Part shown: positions 45,908-56,187 of the stretch, piece after piece
How the letters are laid out: each line of letters starts with the position of its first letter
Numbering within the stretch: position 1 is the stretch's first letter
NCBI GenBank assembly: GCA_046154695.1
Contig: JBJXFI010000313.1
Span: 1 to 56,187, forward strand
From: Blastocatellia bacterium
GTDB lineage: Bacteria > Acidobacteriota > Blastocatellia > RBC074
Length of the DNA stretch: 56,187 nt
Direction: 5' to 3'
Made by a program: the position numbers and the translations under genes
Notes under the pieces: generated by a model
What the model was told of the DNA's origin: nothing
Database searches by the model: none
What the model saw: only the letters and a program-made list of their open reading frames with translations

Positions 45908-47332
45908 ATGAGCATGGATCTGGTGCTTGAGTCCTGGATGGCGGGGATCATCGAGGTCTCGAAATTCAAATGGATGCTGGGCGCGGGGGAGCGATGGCGG
46001 CCCGGCGACAAACTCAAGCTGCTCTTCACGGGCTACAACGGAACGCGCAACACGGGCGCCGACGTCCGCGTCGAGGAGATGCTGCGGCAGATTCGCCATA
46101 TTCTCGGCGAGGATCAGTGCGAGCTGAGCGCGCTGAGCTTCGATTTCGCGCGGACGGCGGGCTATTTCAAAGGCGTGCGGCAGATCTATCTGCCGAACAT
46201 CTTCCCGCCGATGCTTGCGCGCGAGGTTCCGAGATTCGACGGCGTGGTGGCCTGCGAGGGGTCGATGTTCAAGAGCAAGTTCACCAACGCGCTGACAACG
46301 ATGATGACGGGCGCGCTCGGCATCGCGGCGGCGCAGAACAAGCTCTCGCTCGCCTACGGCGCGGAGGCGGGCGCGATGGACTGGCATGTGGCGAAACTCG
46401 TCGGGCGGTACTGCGGGGATTCCTTCGTCATCACGCGAAATCCCGAGTCGCAGCAAGTGCTGGGCAGGCTCGGCATCGCGACCGAGCTCGGCACCGACAC
46501 GGCGTGGACCTTCGAGCCCCACCCGAAATCGTACGGCGACGAGGCCCTGCGAAAAGCCGGATGGGACGGAGAGACGCCGGTGCTGGCGGTCTGCCCGATC
46601 AACCCCTTCTGCTGGCCGGTCCGGCCGTCGCTCCTCAAACTGGCCGCGAGGACGCTTTTCGGCGCGTACAAGGAAGAGCAGTACCGTTCGCTCTATTTTC
46701 TGACCTGGAATCCGGAGAATGAGCGGAAATACGATTTCTATCTCTCGGCGATGTCGCGCGCGGTCGACCGCTTTCGCCGGGAGAACCGGGTCTTCCCGAT
46801 CCTGGTCGCGATGGAGATGCTCGACGTCAAGGCCTGCGACAGGATGTCGGAGAAGCTGGGCGGGGGCGTGCCTGTCTTCTCCTCGGATGAATATGATATG
46901 TACCAGCTCGTGAGCATTCTGCGGAGCTGTCATTTGATGGTCTCGTCGCGCTTTCACGGCATCGTCACCTGCATGCCGTCGCTGGTCGCCTCGGCGGGCG
47001 TGACGATGGACGAGCGCATTCGCAACCTGATGAACGAGCGCGGCCATCTGGACCTGCTGCTGACCGTGGATGATCCGGACCTGGAAGAGCGCCTGTTCGG
47101 GATCTTGGGCAGGCTGTTGGCCGAGAGCGAATCGATCCGCAACGGGATCGGGAAAACGGTCGCGCGGAACCTGAAGATCATGGCGAAGATGGGCGTCTAT
47201 TTCGAGGAGCATCTGCAAAAACGCTATCCCGAGTTTCCGATCCGCAAGGGCTTGCAGAACTGGGAGGACTATCTGCCGCCGCTGAGCCCGAATCTGCGCG
47301 CCCTGTTGGAGAAATATGACCAACACTGTTGA
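45908..47332 (+). CDS. Polysaccharide pyruvyl transferase family protein
   Basis: GYNGTRNTGAD N-terminal motif, VITRN..S, GTDTAW, VSSRFHG. Confidence 0.75.
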   Translation: MSMDLVLESWMAGIIEVSKFKWMLGAGERWRPGDKLKLLFTGYNGTRNTGADVRVEEMLRQIRHILGEDQCELSALSFDFARTAGYFKGVRQIYLPNIFPPMLAREVPRFDGVVACEGSMFKSKFTNALTTMMTGALGIAAAQNKLSLAYGAEAGAMDWHVAKLVGRYCGDSFVITRNPESQQVLGRLGIATELGTDTAWTFEPHPKSYGDEALRKAGWDGETPVLAVCPINPFCWPVRPSLLKLAARTLFGAYKEEQYRSLYFLTWNPENERKYDFYLSAMSRAVDRFRRENRVFPILVAMEMLDVKACDRMSEKLGGGVPVFSSDEYDMYQLVSILRSCHLMVSSRFHGIVTCMPSLVASAGVTMDERIRNLMNERGHLDLLLTVDDPDLEERLFGILGRLLAESESIRNGIGKTVARNLKIMAKMGVYFEEHLQKRYPEFPIRKGLQNWEDYLPPLSPNLRALLEKYDQHC

Positions 47333-47400
47333 ACCACGGGGAACACGGAGAAGAAAACCCCTTCTCCTCCCCGTGTCCTCCGTGTCCCCCGTGGTTCAAC
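47328..47400. repeat. MITE/REP-like 9-nt-periodic hairpin
   Basis: GTTGAACCACGGGGAACACGGAG ... CTCCGTGTCCCCCGTGGTTCAAC inverted arms; overlaps the upstream TGA stop. Confidence 0.75.
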
Positions 47401-47416
47401 TCCTTGCTGGGAAAAT

Positions 47417-49111
47417 ATGAATTTTATCGAGAATATTCTGCGTCGGCTTCGTCAAACGCCGGCGCGCCCCGTGTTGCAGGAGGCGCGCGAGGGAAAGTTT
47501 GTCACGGTGACGTGCGAAGAGCTGGGCATGCTGGTGCGGCAGGCGCGAACGTTCATTCGCCAGTCGGGGCTGCGCAAGGGGGACCGGTGCGGGCTGCTCG
47601 CGCCGAACGACATCCGCTGGGCGGCGGCCGATCTGGCGCTGATGGCCGAAGGGGTCATCGTCGTGCCGCTCTATTCGCGGCAGGCGCCGAATGAACTGGC
47701 GGGGATGCTGGGGGACTGCGCGGCGTCGATGGTCCTGTGCGGGGACGAAGCGCTCGCCGAGGGCCTGCGGGCGAACTGGCCCGATGCTTCAGATGCGGCT
47801 TCACCGGGCGGCGCGCCGCACATCCGGCTCTTTTACGACATCTTCGACGCGACGATCCCCGACCGGCACGTGCCGGACGAGCCGATCCCGCTGGCCGAAG
47901 GCGACATCTCCACGATCATCTATACCTCGGGCACGTCGGGAGAGCCCAAGGGAGTGATGCTGACCGCCGGGAATGTCGGCTTCATGCTCGGCTGCACGGG
48001 GATGCGGCTCGACCAGTTGATGCGGGGCGCGACGGAGCAGACGATGGACCAGGTCTTTCATTACCTGCCCTTCTGCTTCGCGGGCTCGTGGATTCTGCTG
48101 CTCACGGCGCTCTCGCGGAACAGCCTGCTCACGATGTCCACGGACCTGAACAAGCTGGCGGACGAGTTGAAACTGGCCGCGCCGAACTATTGCCTGAACG
48201 TGCCGACGCTGCTCGAACGAATCCGCGCGGGGGTCGAGGGACAGATCGCCCGGAAGCCGGGGCCGATTCAGACGATCTATCGCAAGGGGAAAGAGTCATG
48301 GACGCGGCGATTCGAGCAGGGAGAGCCCGGCGGGGGATTGTGGTTCACGCTCGCCGATTCCCTGATCTTCTCTTCGGTCAAAAAGAAGATCGGGCCGAAT
48401 CTGAAAGCCCTGATCTGCGGCTCGGCGCCGCTTGCGAGGGAGACGCAGCTCTTCTTTTTAATGCTGGGGATTCCGGTATTGCAGGTCTATGGGTTGACCG
48501 AGACGACGGCGATCTGCACGATGGACGATCCGCGAGACTTCACGCCGGGGCGCGTCGGCCCCGCGATCCCGGGCATCGAGATGCGCCTGGGCGAGGAAGA
48601 CGAGATCCTGGTGCGCGGGCCGAATATCTTCGCCGGGTATTGGAACCGCGAAGAGGCGTCTGCCAGCGCCATGGCCGGCGGATGGTTCCGCACCGGCGAC
48701 CAGGGATCTGTCGATGACCAGGGCAACTGGGCGATCACGGGCAGGTTGAAAAACCTGATCATTTTGAAGTCCGGGAATAATGTCGCGCCGGAGCCGATCG
48801 AGGAGAAGGTGCTGCAACACCTGCCGCTTGCCGGACAGTGCGTCGTGATCGGAGACGGTCGGAGCTTCCTCGCGGCGCTGGTCACGGGTGAAGTGACCCG
48901 GGAGCAGGTCGGGCGCGCCCTCGATGCGGTCAACGCCGAAATTCCCCACTACAAACAGATTCATGCGTTTCATATTCACGAGGAGCCGCTGACGATCGAG
49001 AGCGGCATGCTGACGGCCAACGGCAAGCTGCGGCGCGACGCGATCGCGAGGCGGTTCGCCCCGGAATTCGAACAGCTCTATTCGTCCTCGAAGCCGGCGG
49101 AGAGGGCCTGA
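47417..49111 (+). CDS. AMP-binding long-chain acyl-CoA synthetase-like protein
   Basis: [39 protein letters not shown]. Confidence 0.92.
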   Translation: MNFIENILRRLRQTPARPVLQEAREGKFVTVTCEELGMLVRQARTFIRQSGLRKGDRCGLLAPNDIRWAAADLALMAEGVIVVPLYSRQAPNELAGMLGDCAASMVLCGDEALAEGLRANWPDASDAASPGGAPHIRLFYDIFDATIPDRHVPDEPIPLAEGDISTIIYTSGTSGEPKGVMLTAGNVGFMLGCTGMRLDQLMRGATEQTMDQVFHYLPFCFAGSWILLLTALSRNSLLTMSTDLNKLADELKLAAPNYCLNVPTLLERIRAGVEGQIARKPGPIQTIYRKGKESWTRRFEQGEPGGGLWFTLADSLIFSSVKKKIGPNLKALICGSAPLARETQLFFLMLGIPVLQVYGLTETTAICTMDDPRDFTPGRVGPAIPGIEMRLGEEDEILVRGPNIFAGYWNREEASASAMAGGWFRTGDQGSVDDQGNWAITGRLKNLIILKSGNNVAPEPIEEKVLQHLPLAGQCVVIGDGRSFLAALVTGEVTREQVGRALDAVNAEIPHYKQIHAFHIHEEPLTIESGMLTANGKLRRDAIARRFAPEFEQLYSSSKPAERA

Positions 49112-49121
49112 TGGAGTTTTT

Positions 49122-49253
49122 ATGTTGATTCTCGGATTGATGCTGCTCTTTATGGCGTTCGTGTTCGGCATTATGCTGTTGATGGCGATCGCTTCCTATT
49201 CCAGCGGCAAGGACGAACAGGAGACGGACCGGGACGACGCGGGCCGGAAATAA
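49122..49253 (+). CDS. Small single-pass membrane protein (43 aa), not in the ORF track
   Basis: GGAG at 49113-49116 before ATG 49122; MLILGLMLLFMAFVFGIMLLMAIASYSSGKDEQETDRDDAGRK*; fills the gap, 10 nt after the upstream stop and 6 nt before the next start. Confidence 0.65.
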   Translation: MLILGLMLLFMAFVFGIMLLMAIASYSSGKDEQETDRDDAGRK

Positions 49254-49259
49254 GGCGAT

Positions 49260-50063
49260 ATGAGAAGTTACACGGGGGAGACCCTGTCGTGGGAATTGAA
49301 GGACGGCTGCATCGAATTGACGCTGCACCGGCAGCCCGCCAACGAGATCGGCTCGAAGACGCTCGATGAGCTGGAACGGTTCATCGAGGCGCACGAGACG
49401 CTCCGGGACGAGGCGCATGCGCTGCTCATCCACAGCGCCGTCAAGGCGGGGTTCTCGGCGGGGGCGGACCTGCGCGAATTGTACTTCGGCGCGAAAGAGC
49501 TGGGGTTCGAGAATGCCGCGCCGCGGGTGCGCGACTTCCTAACGCGAACGCACCGGGTGATGAACACGATCGATGCCTCGCCGCTTGTGACGATCGCGGC
49601 CGTGCACGGCGTCTGCTTCGGCGGCGGCTTCGAGCTGGCGCTGACCTGCGACCTGATCATGGCCGACAAGATGGCGCGGTTCTGCTTTCCCGAGCTGCGG
49701 CTGGGGCTGATTCCCGGCTTCGGCGGCATTCCGCGCCTGCGGCGCGATCTGGGGAACGCCGTCGTTCGCGACCTGCTGCTCACGGGGCGCAGCATCAATG
49801 CGACCAAGGCGGTCGCCATCGGCCTGGCCAGCCAGGTCGTAAGAGAGGGCGACGCGCTCAAAGTCGCCCGGTTCACGGCCGCCCAGGTCGGAAAATTCGA
49901 CCGCCCGACAAGCATTCGCGCCAAGGGATTTCTGAAACCCGTGCCCCATGCGGAGCTTCGCGAAGAGATCGAGATCTTCTGCGACCTCTTCACGAAACCC
50001 GCCGTCGAAGCGGGCCTGCGCAAATTCGTCGAAAGCACCGACGCGCATCCATACTTACCATAG
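49260..50063 (+). CDS. Enoyl-CoA hydratase/isomerase family protein
   Basis: FSAGADL, GGGFELALTCD, FPELRLGLIPGFGG (both catalytic Glu present). Confidence 0.92.
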   Translation: MRSYTGETLSWELKDGCIELTLHRQPANEIGSKTLDELERFIEAHETLRDEAHALLIHSAVKAGFSAGADLRELYFGAKELGFENAAPRVRDFLTRTHRVMNTIDASPLVTIAAVHGVCFGGGFELALTCDLIMADKMARFCFPELRLGLIPGFGGIPRLRRDLGNAVVRDLLLTGRSINATKAVAIGLASQVVREGDALKVARFTAAQVGKFDRPTSIRAKGFLKPVPHAELREEIEIFCDLFTKPAVEAGLRKFVESTDAHPYLP

Positions 50064-50096
50064 AATTGAGCGACCCATGAATTGCTTCCCGGGAAG

Positions 50097-50173
50097 AAAA
50101 ACGGAACAGACGGAAAAAACGGAACAAACGGAGTCAACCCTTCCTGATCTCCGTTTGTTCTCCGACCTGTTTT
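50097..50173. repeat. 9-nt-periodic imperfect hairpin related to 848-945
   Basis: AACGGAACAGACGGAAA is identical to 858-874; opposing arm CTCCGTTTGTTCTCCG. Confidence 0.65.
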
Positions 50174-50186
50174 TACGGAGTCATAC

Positions 50187-51185
50187 ATGAAAAAACTGAG
50201 AGCGAAGATTACGGGATTGGGCCGGTATGTTCCGCCGCGCGTGGTCACCAACGAGGATCTGTCGAAGATCGTCGAAACCAATCATCAGTGGATTGTCGAG
50301 CGAACCGGCATTCATGAGCGGCACTGGGTCGAGCCGGGAACGCCGACCTCGGAGCTGGCGGCCAAGGCGGTGGACGACCTGCTCAAACGGCGCGGCATCG
50401 AGGCCGACGAGATCGAATTGATCATCGTCGCGACGGTGACGCCCGACATGTTCTTCCCCTCGACGGCCTGCGTCATTCAGGACAAGATCCGCGCGACCCG
50501 CGCCTGGGGCTTCGATATCTCGGCGGCCTGTTCGTCGTTCCTGTACGCCCTGACGACGGGCGCGCAGTTCATCGAGAACGGCAGGCACAAGAAGGTGTTG
50601 ATCGTCGGCGCCGATGTCATGACCAGCATCCTCGATCCCGAGGACCGCGCGACCCTGATCCTGTTCGGCGACGGGGCGGGCGCCGTCCTGCTCGAACCGG
50701 CGGAAGAGGGCGAGGATGCCGGCATCATCGATTACCGGCACGAGATCGACGGCTCGGGCGGCGCGCACCTCTTTATGCCGGGCGGCGGCAGCCTGCATCC
50801 TCCCTCGCACGAAACGGTCGACAAGAAGATGCACTACGTTCATCAGAACGGACAGGCCGTCTTCAAGTTCGCCGTTCGAAAGATGGAGGAGCTGAGCACC
50901 GGCATGCTCGCCCGCCACCAGTTGACCGGCGATGACATCGATTGCTTCATCGCCCATCAGGCCAACCTGCGCATCATCGACGCCACCGCGCAAAAGGCCG
51001 GCCTTGCGCCTGAAAAGGTCATCAAGAACATCCACAAATACGGCAACACGACGGCCGCGACGATTCCCCTCGCCATCGGCGACGCGATCGAGAGCGGCAA
51101 GCTCAAGAAGGGGGACATCGTCCTCTTCGCGGCCGTCGGCGCGGGCTTCACCGCGGGCTGCGTGCTGGCCCGCTGGGCGTATTGA
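50187..51185 (+). CDS. fabH: 3-oxoacyl-ACP synthase III
   Basis: ERTGI.ER, AACSSF (catalytic Cys), FGDGAGA, HQAN, YGNT. Confidence 0.95.
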   Translation: MKKLRAKITGLGRYVPPRVVTNEDLSKIVETNHQWIVERTGIHERHWVEPGTPTSELAAKAVDDLLKRRGIEADEIELIIVATVTPDMFFPSTACVIQDKIRATRAWGFDISAACSSFLYALTTGAQFIENGRHKKVLIVGADVMTSILDPEDRATLILFGDGAGAVLLEPAEEGEDAGIIDYRHEIDGSGGAHLFMPGGGSLHPPSHETVDKKMHYVHQNGQAVFKFAVRKMEELSTGMLARHQLTGDDIDCFIAHQANLRIIDATAQKAGLAPEKVIKNIHKYGNTTAATIPLAIGDAIESGKLKKGDIVLFAAVGAGFTAGCVLARWAY

Positions 51186-51204
51186 AAATCGACAGGCAGG
51201 ACTT

Positions 51205-51447
51205 ATGCGAAGCACAGAACAGATTACCGACGAAATTCTCGACATGGCCGCAACGCATTTCAAGGCGGATCGCGGGCAGCTCACGGCCGATGACGATTTC
51301 TACAAGAAGCTGGGAATCGACAGTCTGCAGGCGCTCGAACTGCTGACGCGCCTCGAAAACCACTTTCGGGTCGAACTGCCGGATTACGAGGTTCAGGGCG
51401 TGACGGATTTCCGCACGCTGGCCGAACGAATCGAAGCGAGGCTCTGA
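51205..51447 (+). CDS. Acyl carrier protein
   Basis: 80 aa, acidic, LGIDSLQALEL phosphopantetheine site; ATG 51205 in frame with listed ORF 50932..51447. Confidence 0.9.
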   Translation: MRSTEQITDEILDMAATHFKADRGQLTADDDFYKKLGIDSLQALELLTRLENHFRVELPDYEVQGVTDFRTLAERIEARL

Positions 51448-51456
51448 GAGAAGCGC

Positions 51457-53199
51457 ATGGCGGCAAATTCACAAATCACCATGATCGATCTCGCCGCGCA
51501 TTCGTCGCTCGGATCGGCGCTCGGGGAGGCCCTGGACAGGTTCGCGAACGAGACGTGCCTGATCGAGGCCGATCGGGAGCGGGAGAACCACCGGCTGACC
51601 TACCGGGAATTCAAGGAGGCGGCGCTTCCGCTGGCGAAGTACCTGCAGGATCGGGGATTCCGCGCCGGTTCGCGGGCGGCGATCATCATGACGAACCAGT
51701 CGCGGTGGCTGATCTCGGCCTACGCGATCTTTTACGCGGGCGGCGTTCTCGTTCCGCTCGATTACAAGCTGACGGCGCCGGAGCATTTCGCGCTGCTGGA
51801 GCACTCCGGCGTCGAGGCGCTGATCACCGAGCACCACTTCTGGCGGGCGATCGTCCAGCATCGAAACCAGCACGAGCGCGCTCTGCCCCGGCTGCAGACG
51901 GTGATCGTGACCGATGTGCCGAAGAACGCCGACTTGTTCGGCGCGATGCGATGGGAGGACCCGCGCGTCGAGGGCGAGCCGGTCTTCGTGGAGCGCAGGC
52001 GCGCGGATTGGGCCTGCATCGTCTATTCCTCGGGGACGGGCGGACGGCCGAAGGGCTGCGTGCTGACGCATGACAATTATCTGGAGCAGTGCGTCTCGCT
52101 GACATCGATCTATCCATTCTGGCCGGGAGTGCGCTATCTGAGCATTCTGCCGACGAATCACGCGATCGATTTCATGGTCGGCTTCATCGGGCCGTTCGTC
52201 TGCGGCGCCGCGGTCGTCCACCTGCGCACGCTGCGGCCGGAATATGTGCGCGAGGCCTTCACCCGCTTCAAGATCACGTATGTCGCGCTCGTGCCGCTGA
52301 TCCTCAAGAATCTGCAGGCCGGGCTGCAGCAGCGCTTCAGCGAGCTGCCGCCGCTCAAACGATTCGTCTTCGAGCGGCTGGTCTCGCTCAACCGGGCCCT
52401 GACGAGGCGCAGGCCGAACCTTGAGCTGAGCCGCAAACTGCTCAAACAGGTTCACGAGGCATTCGGCGGCGAGCTGCGCGCGATCTTCACGGGCGGCGCC
52501 TTCAGCGATCCCAAGATGCTCCAGTTTTATTACGACCTGGGAATCCAGGTCGGCAACGGCTACGGATTGACCGAAGCGGGCACCGCCATCACGCTGAACG
52601 ATTTCAACCCCTTTCGCGCCGACACGGTCGGCAGGCCGCTGCCGGGGATGGAGGTCCGAATCCTCGATGCCGGAGAAGACGGCGTCGGACAGGTCGCCGT
52701 TCGCAGCCGCACCGTCATGTCCCACTATCTGGACGACCCCGAACAGACGGCCGAGACGATCGTCGATGGCTGGCTGATGACCGGCGACCTGGGCCGCTTC
52801 GATGAGAACGGCCACCTCCAGCTCTTCGGGCGCGCGAAAAACATGATCGTCACCGAAGAAGGCAAGAACGTCTATCCGGAGGATATCGAGAAGGCCTTCG
52901 AGGGGCTCCCCGTCAAGGAGTTTTGCGTCTTCGCGGCCAATTACATCTGGCCCGAACGCTCGATGCTCGGCGAGAAGCTGGTCATCGCGCTCCGCCTCGA
53001 CGAGGGGCGGGAGTTCACGGACGATCTTCGGTCCGAGTTGACCAGACGCAACAACACCCTGCCGAATTTCAAACGGATCAGCGGCTTCGTGATCGGGGAC
53101 GCCGATTTCCCCCGCACCGCCTCGATGAAGATCAAGCGATTCGCGCTGGCCGAGGAGATTCGCGGTAAATTTGATCGGCAGGCGCTCACTGACTTATAG
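51457..53199 (+). CDS. AMP-binding long-chain acyl-CoA/acyl-ACP synthetase-like protein
   Basis: [42 protein letters not shown]. Confidence 0.92.
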   Translation: MAANSQITMIDLAAHSSLGSALGEALDRFANETCLIEADRERENHRLTYREFKEAALPLAKYLQDRGFRAGSRAAIIMTNQSRWLISAYAIFYAGGVLVPLDYKLTAPEHFALLEHSGVEALITEHHFWRAIVQHRNQHERALPRLQTVIVTDVPKNADLFGAMRWEDPRVEGEPVFVERRRADWACIVYSSGTGGRPKGCVLTHDNYLEQCVSLTSIYPFWPGVRYLSILPTNHAIDFMVGFIGPFVCGAAVVHLRTLRPEYVREAFTRFKITYVALVPLILKNLQAGLQQRFSELPPLKRFVFERLVSLNRALTRRRPNLELSRKLLKQVHEAFGGELRAIFTGGAFSDPKMLQFYYDLGIQVGNGYGLTEAGTAITLNDFNPFRADTVGRPLPGMEVRILDAGEDGVGQVAVRSRTVMSHYLDDPEQTAETIVDGWLMTGDLGRFDENGHLQLFGRAKNMIVTEEGKNVYPEDIEKAFEGLPVKEFCVFAANYIWPERSMLGEKLVIALRLDEGREFTDDLRSELTRRNNTLPNFKRISGFVIGDADFPRTASMKIKRFALAEEIRGKFDRQALTDL

Positions 53200-53275
53200 G
53201 ACCTATGGGACTTATGGGACTTATGGGACCTTATGAGACTTATGGGACGGTCCCATTGGTTCCATAAGTCCCATA
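53191..53275. repeat. 9-nt tandem (GACTTATGG) with an opposing arm (CCATAAGTCCCATA), MITE-like
   Basis: About six GACTTATGG-like units followed by the inverted complement; the first unit contains the upstream TAG stop. Confidence 0.8.
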
Positions 53276-53281
53276 TCGCCA

Positions 53282-54175
53282 ATGAAAATACTCGCCATCG
53301 TCAATCCGGCGGCCGGTTTCGGCAGAGCGGCCAAATTACTGGGCCCGGCTCTCGACCGTTTGCGAGCGGCGGGAATCGCGTTCGATATGGCCGAGACAAA
53401 ACGCGCCGGCCATGCGATCGAGATCGCGCGCGAGGCCTATGCGGCGGGCTATCGCAGGTTCATCGCGGTGGGTGGCGACGGGACCTCGTTCGAGACGGTT
53501 AACGGGCTCTTCCCCGAGGCGTGGGAGCGGCGCGACCCGCCGGCGCTCGGTTTTCTGCCCCTCGGCACGGGCAATTCGTTTTTGCGCGATTTCACCAAAG
53601 AGGGCGCTGACTATGCGATCCGGGCAATTCTGGAGGACCGGTCGCGTCCGTGCGATGTGATCCGCCTGGAGCACGCGGCGGGGATCCTTCATTACATCAA
53701 CATTCTCAGCCTGGGCTTTGTCGCCGATGTCGCGACGCTGGCCAACCGCCGGTTCAAGCGGCTCGGGGCGGCGAGCTACGGATTGGCGGTCGTGCTCTGC
53801 CTGGCCAGGTTCAAAAAGCGCGGCTTTCACCTTCGATTGAACGGCGTCGGGCATTCGACGCCGCCGACGGCGCTTCTGATCTTCAACAACAGCAAGTTCA
53901 CCGGGGGAAACATGATGCTCGCGCCGAACGCCGACGCGGCGGACGGTTTAATTGAGATCGTGGAATGGTCGGCGGACCGGTTCGATTTCATCCGCAACTT
54001 CCCGAAATGTTACGATGGGTCGCATATCCATCATCCCCGCATCTGGACGGGGCAGGCGAAGCGGATCGATCTCGATTTCGACGAGCCGATGGACATTATG
54101 ATCGACGGCGAAGTGATGACCGTCCGCATGAAATCGCTCGAGGTCCTGGCCTCGGCCTTGAACGTCATGGCCTGA
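53282..54175 (+). CDS. Diacylglycerol kinase family (YegS/BmrU-like) lipid kinase
   Basis: [25 protein letters not shown]. Confidence 0.92.
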   Translation: MKILAIVNPAAGFGRAAKLLGPALDRLRAAGIAFDMAETKRAGHAIEIAREAYAAGYRRFIAVGGDGTSFETVNGLFPEAWERRDPPALGFLPLGTGNSFLRDFTKEGADYAIRAILEDRSRPCDVIRLEHAAGILHYINILSLGFVADVATLANRRFKRLGAASYGLAVVLCLARFKKRGFHLRLNGVGHSTPPTALLIFNNSKFTGGNMMLAPNADAADGLIEIVEWSADRFDFIRNFPKCYDGSHIHHPRIWTGQAKRIDLDFDEPMDIMIDGEVMTVRMKSLEVLASALNVMA

Positions 54176-54193
54176 ACGCCCCGGTTTGATTCA

Positions 54194-55054
54194 ATGGAAG
54201 GAAACAGTTTTATTCAGTCCGAAATCCGCAATCACCCATCGCATCGATGGCCGTCGCTGAATCCGTTCGCGCGGGCCTGGTATGGAGCGCGCTCGATCGT
54301 CCTCTGGATCGCGAGCATCGTCCATTTCTTTCCGATCACCTCGCTGCTGGTTCTGCTCGGAAGCGTCGTCGATCCGCGGAGGAACGACCGCCCGCAGCGC
54401 TGGCTGTTTCGCAACATCCTGCGCGTCGCCCGCGTAGGCTTCGAGGTGCGCTACGCGCCGGGATTCGATCGCGAGCGGACGAGCTTCTTCGTCTGCAACC
54501 ACGTCGACCTGTGGGACGCCTTCATCATCTATTCCGCGATTCCCCAGTTCGTGCGCGGACTGGAGCACGAGTCCCATTTCAAGATTCCCGCCTATGGCTG
54601 GATGATGCGCAAGTTCGGGAATGTGCCGGTGCCGCCGGAGGGCAACCTGTCGGATTACAAGCGAATGATGAAAATGACGAGGGAGACGCTGGACCGCGGC
54701 GTCAGCCTGATCGTCTTCGCGGAGGGATCGAGAACGCCGAACGGGCTCGTGAGGCCGTTCAATCCGGGCGTCTTTCGAATGGCGATTCAGTTCGGCTATC
54801 CGGTCGTCCCGATGACCATTGTCGGCGCCCACGAGTTCAGCCGGAAGGGCGACTGGAAGCTCTTCCCATCGAAGATCACCGTCCACCTGCACGACACGAT
54901 CGACACCGCGGGCATGACGAAGAACGACGTCGAGGCGCTGCGCGAGCGGGTTCAGGCGATCGTCGCGCAACCGGTCGATGATTATTACGGCCTCACGAGC
55001 GCAACGGCGCCGACCGAGCCTGCGCAAGGCGTAACTTACAAAGCCGCGAATTGA
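54194..55054 (+). CDS. Lysophospholipid acyltransferase (PlsC-like)
   Basis: CNHVDLWD (HxxxxD) and FAEGSRT motifs; N-terminal TM segment. Confidence 0.9.
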   Translation: MEGNSFIQSEIRNHPSHRWPSLNPFARAWYGARSIVLWIASIVHFFPITSLLVLLGSVVDPRRNDRPQRWLFRNILRVARVGFEVRYAPGFDRERTSFFVCNHVDLWDAFIIYSAIPQFVRGLEHESHFKIPAYGWMMRKFGNVPVPPEGNLSDYKRMMKMTRETLDRGVSLIVFAEGSRTPNGLVRPFNPGVFRMAIQFGYPVVPMTIVGAHEFSRKGDWKLFPSKITVHLHDTIDTAGMTKNDVEALRERVQAIVAQPVDDYYGLTSATAPTEPAQGVTYKAAN

Positions 55055-55072
55055 ACCGGGAGGAGAGCCTCG

Positions 55073-56113
55073 ATGATAAAAAAGCTTTCTGTCATGTTTT
55101 GCCTATTGCCGGCGGCGTTCTCATCCGCGGCGATCAGCCCCAAAGAGAACGCAGCGGCGGAGGTTCACCAGGTTGTCGCCACAACCTATTTCAACACCTT
55201 CTCCCGCGCGCATCCGGTGCTCAAGCGCGTGCGGCCGGGCGACACCGTCATCACCAAAACGATCGATTCCGGCGGGCAGGATGAGAAGGATGTCCGTCGC
55301 GGGCAGCCGAGCAACCCGCTCACCGGGCCGTTTTATGTGGAAGGCGCCGAAGCCGGTGACGCGATCCTCGTCCGTTTCACGAAAGTCAGGCTGAATCGCC
55401 GGTGGGGCTGGAGCGCTTACCGGCTCGGGCTTTTCTCGCTCGCGCCCGAATCGGTCGAGGGGCTGTACCCGAACCGGTATAAAGAGGATCTGGTTCGCCC
55501 GGGGCGCTCCAATCTGGTTCCGTGGGAGATCGACCTCGAACGCCAGTTGGTGCGGTTGAAGGAACCGGCGAGCCAGGCCATCAAGCTCGAATTTCCGGCC
55601 CGGCCGATGATGGGATGCGTGGGCGTTGCGCCCGCCGGCGATTTCGCCCCCACCTCGGGACCGTCGGGCAGCTATGGCGGCAATCTCGATTACAACGAAA
55701 TCGGCGAAGGCGCGCTCGTGATGCTGCCCGTCTACCATCCCGGCGCGCTGCTGTTCATCGGCGACGGCCATGCCCTGCAGGCTGATGGCGAACCGACGGG
55801 GACCGGGATCGAAACCTCCATGGACGTCGAGTTTACCGTGGATGTGCGCAAAAAGGCTTCTCTGACGGGTCCGCGCGTCGAGACCGGCGAATACATCATC
55901 AGCATCGGCAGCCAGCCCGAATTCGCCAGTTCGCTCGATCGCGCCCTGCAACTGGCGACAAGCGATATGGCCAACTGGCTGACGGCGGAGTACAAGCTCG
56001 AACCATGGGCGGCGCACCTGCTCATCGGGTATCAGGGCAAATATGACGTGGTCACGGTCGCCGGCTCCATGGCGCTGAAAATCCCAAGGAAATCCCTGCC
56101 AGTGCGGCGGTGA
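55073..56113 (+). CDS. Secreted acetamidase/formamidase family protein
   Basis: Signal peptide; NPLTGPFYVEGAEAGD, GGNLD, GDGHALQADGE. Confidence 0.88.
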   Translation: MIKKLSVMFCLLPAAFSSAAISPKENAAAEVHQVVATTYFNTFSRAHPVLKRVRPGDTVITKTIDSGGQDEKDVRRGQPSNPLTGPFYVEGAEAGDAILVRFTKVRLNRRWGWSAYRLGLFSLAPESVEGLYPNRYKEDLVRPGRSNLVPWEIDLERQLVRLKEPASQAIKLEFPARPMMGCVGVAPAGDFAPTSGPSGSYGGNLDYNEIGEGALVMLPVYHPGALLFIGDGHALQADGEPTGTGIETSMDVEFTVDVRKKASLTGPRVETGEYIISIGSQPEFASSLDRALQLATSDMANWLTAEYKLEPWAAHLLIGYQGKYDVVTVAGSMALKIPRKSLPVRR

Positions 56114-56187
56114 ATGGCGCTTTGGTGTTTCTATCTCTGCTTCAGTTCCGCTCAAGGCACGTGGCGGGGGCTGGCCCCCCCCCCCAC

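Noticed and set aside
44711-47326. 871-aa minus-strand ORF (and similar long antisense ORFs such as 42014..43699, 38604..40397, 7086..8651)
   Set aside because: They lie opposite well-supported genes and have shadow-like composition.
53191-53275. CRISPR array or iteron origin
   Set aside because: Contiguous 9-mers with an inverted arm; no spacers and no rep gene.

Overview
GC-rich (roughly 60-65%, by eye) bacterial chromosomal window. Gene content suggests an Acidobacteriota (possibly Blastocatellia-like) organism; this is an inference. From left to right: a TPR protein running off the window edge; sulfatase, VOC and SnoaL-like genes; a three-gene module (661-aa helical hypothetical, lipoprotein, phospholipase-D-family protein); assorted hydrolases and dioxygenases; a planctomycete-type PPC/DUF1549-DUF1553/DUF1501 operon; two Tat-exported enzymes; pgk-tpiA-secG-tRNA-Leu(GAG); an MFS transporter, an FGE-sulfatase-domain protein and a TonB-dependent receptor; a hydrogenase-derived operon; and a ~13-kb lipid biosynthesis cluster. 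The standout is the minus-strand operon at 33883-41462. It encodes a [NiFe]-hydrogenase small subunit and two paralogous group 1h/1l-like large subunits. Both large subunits lack all four Ni/Fe-binding cysteines and both stop exactly at RSFDP*. They are followed by a multi-PAS hybrid histidine kinase whose N-terminus resembles HoxJ/HupT. This looks like a nickel-free 'pseudo-hydrogenase' sensory system. The divergent lipid cluster carries the domain kit of the myxobacterial ether-lipid enzyme ElbD split over several genes, plus a catalytically degenerate HAD-reductase fusion, a pyruvyl-transferase-family protein and an unlisted 43-aa membrane protein. Intergenic regions contain several families of REP/MITE-like palindromes, many with a 9-nt period.
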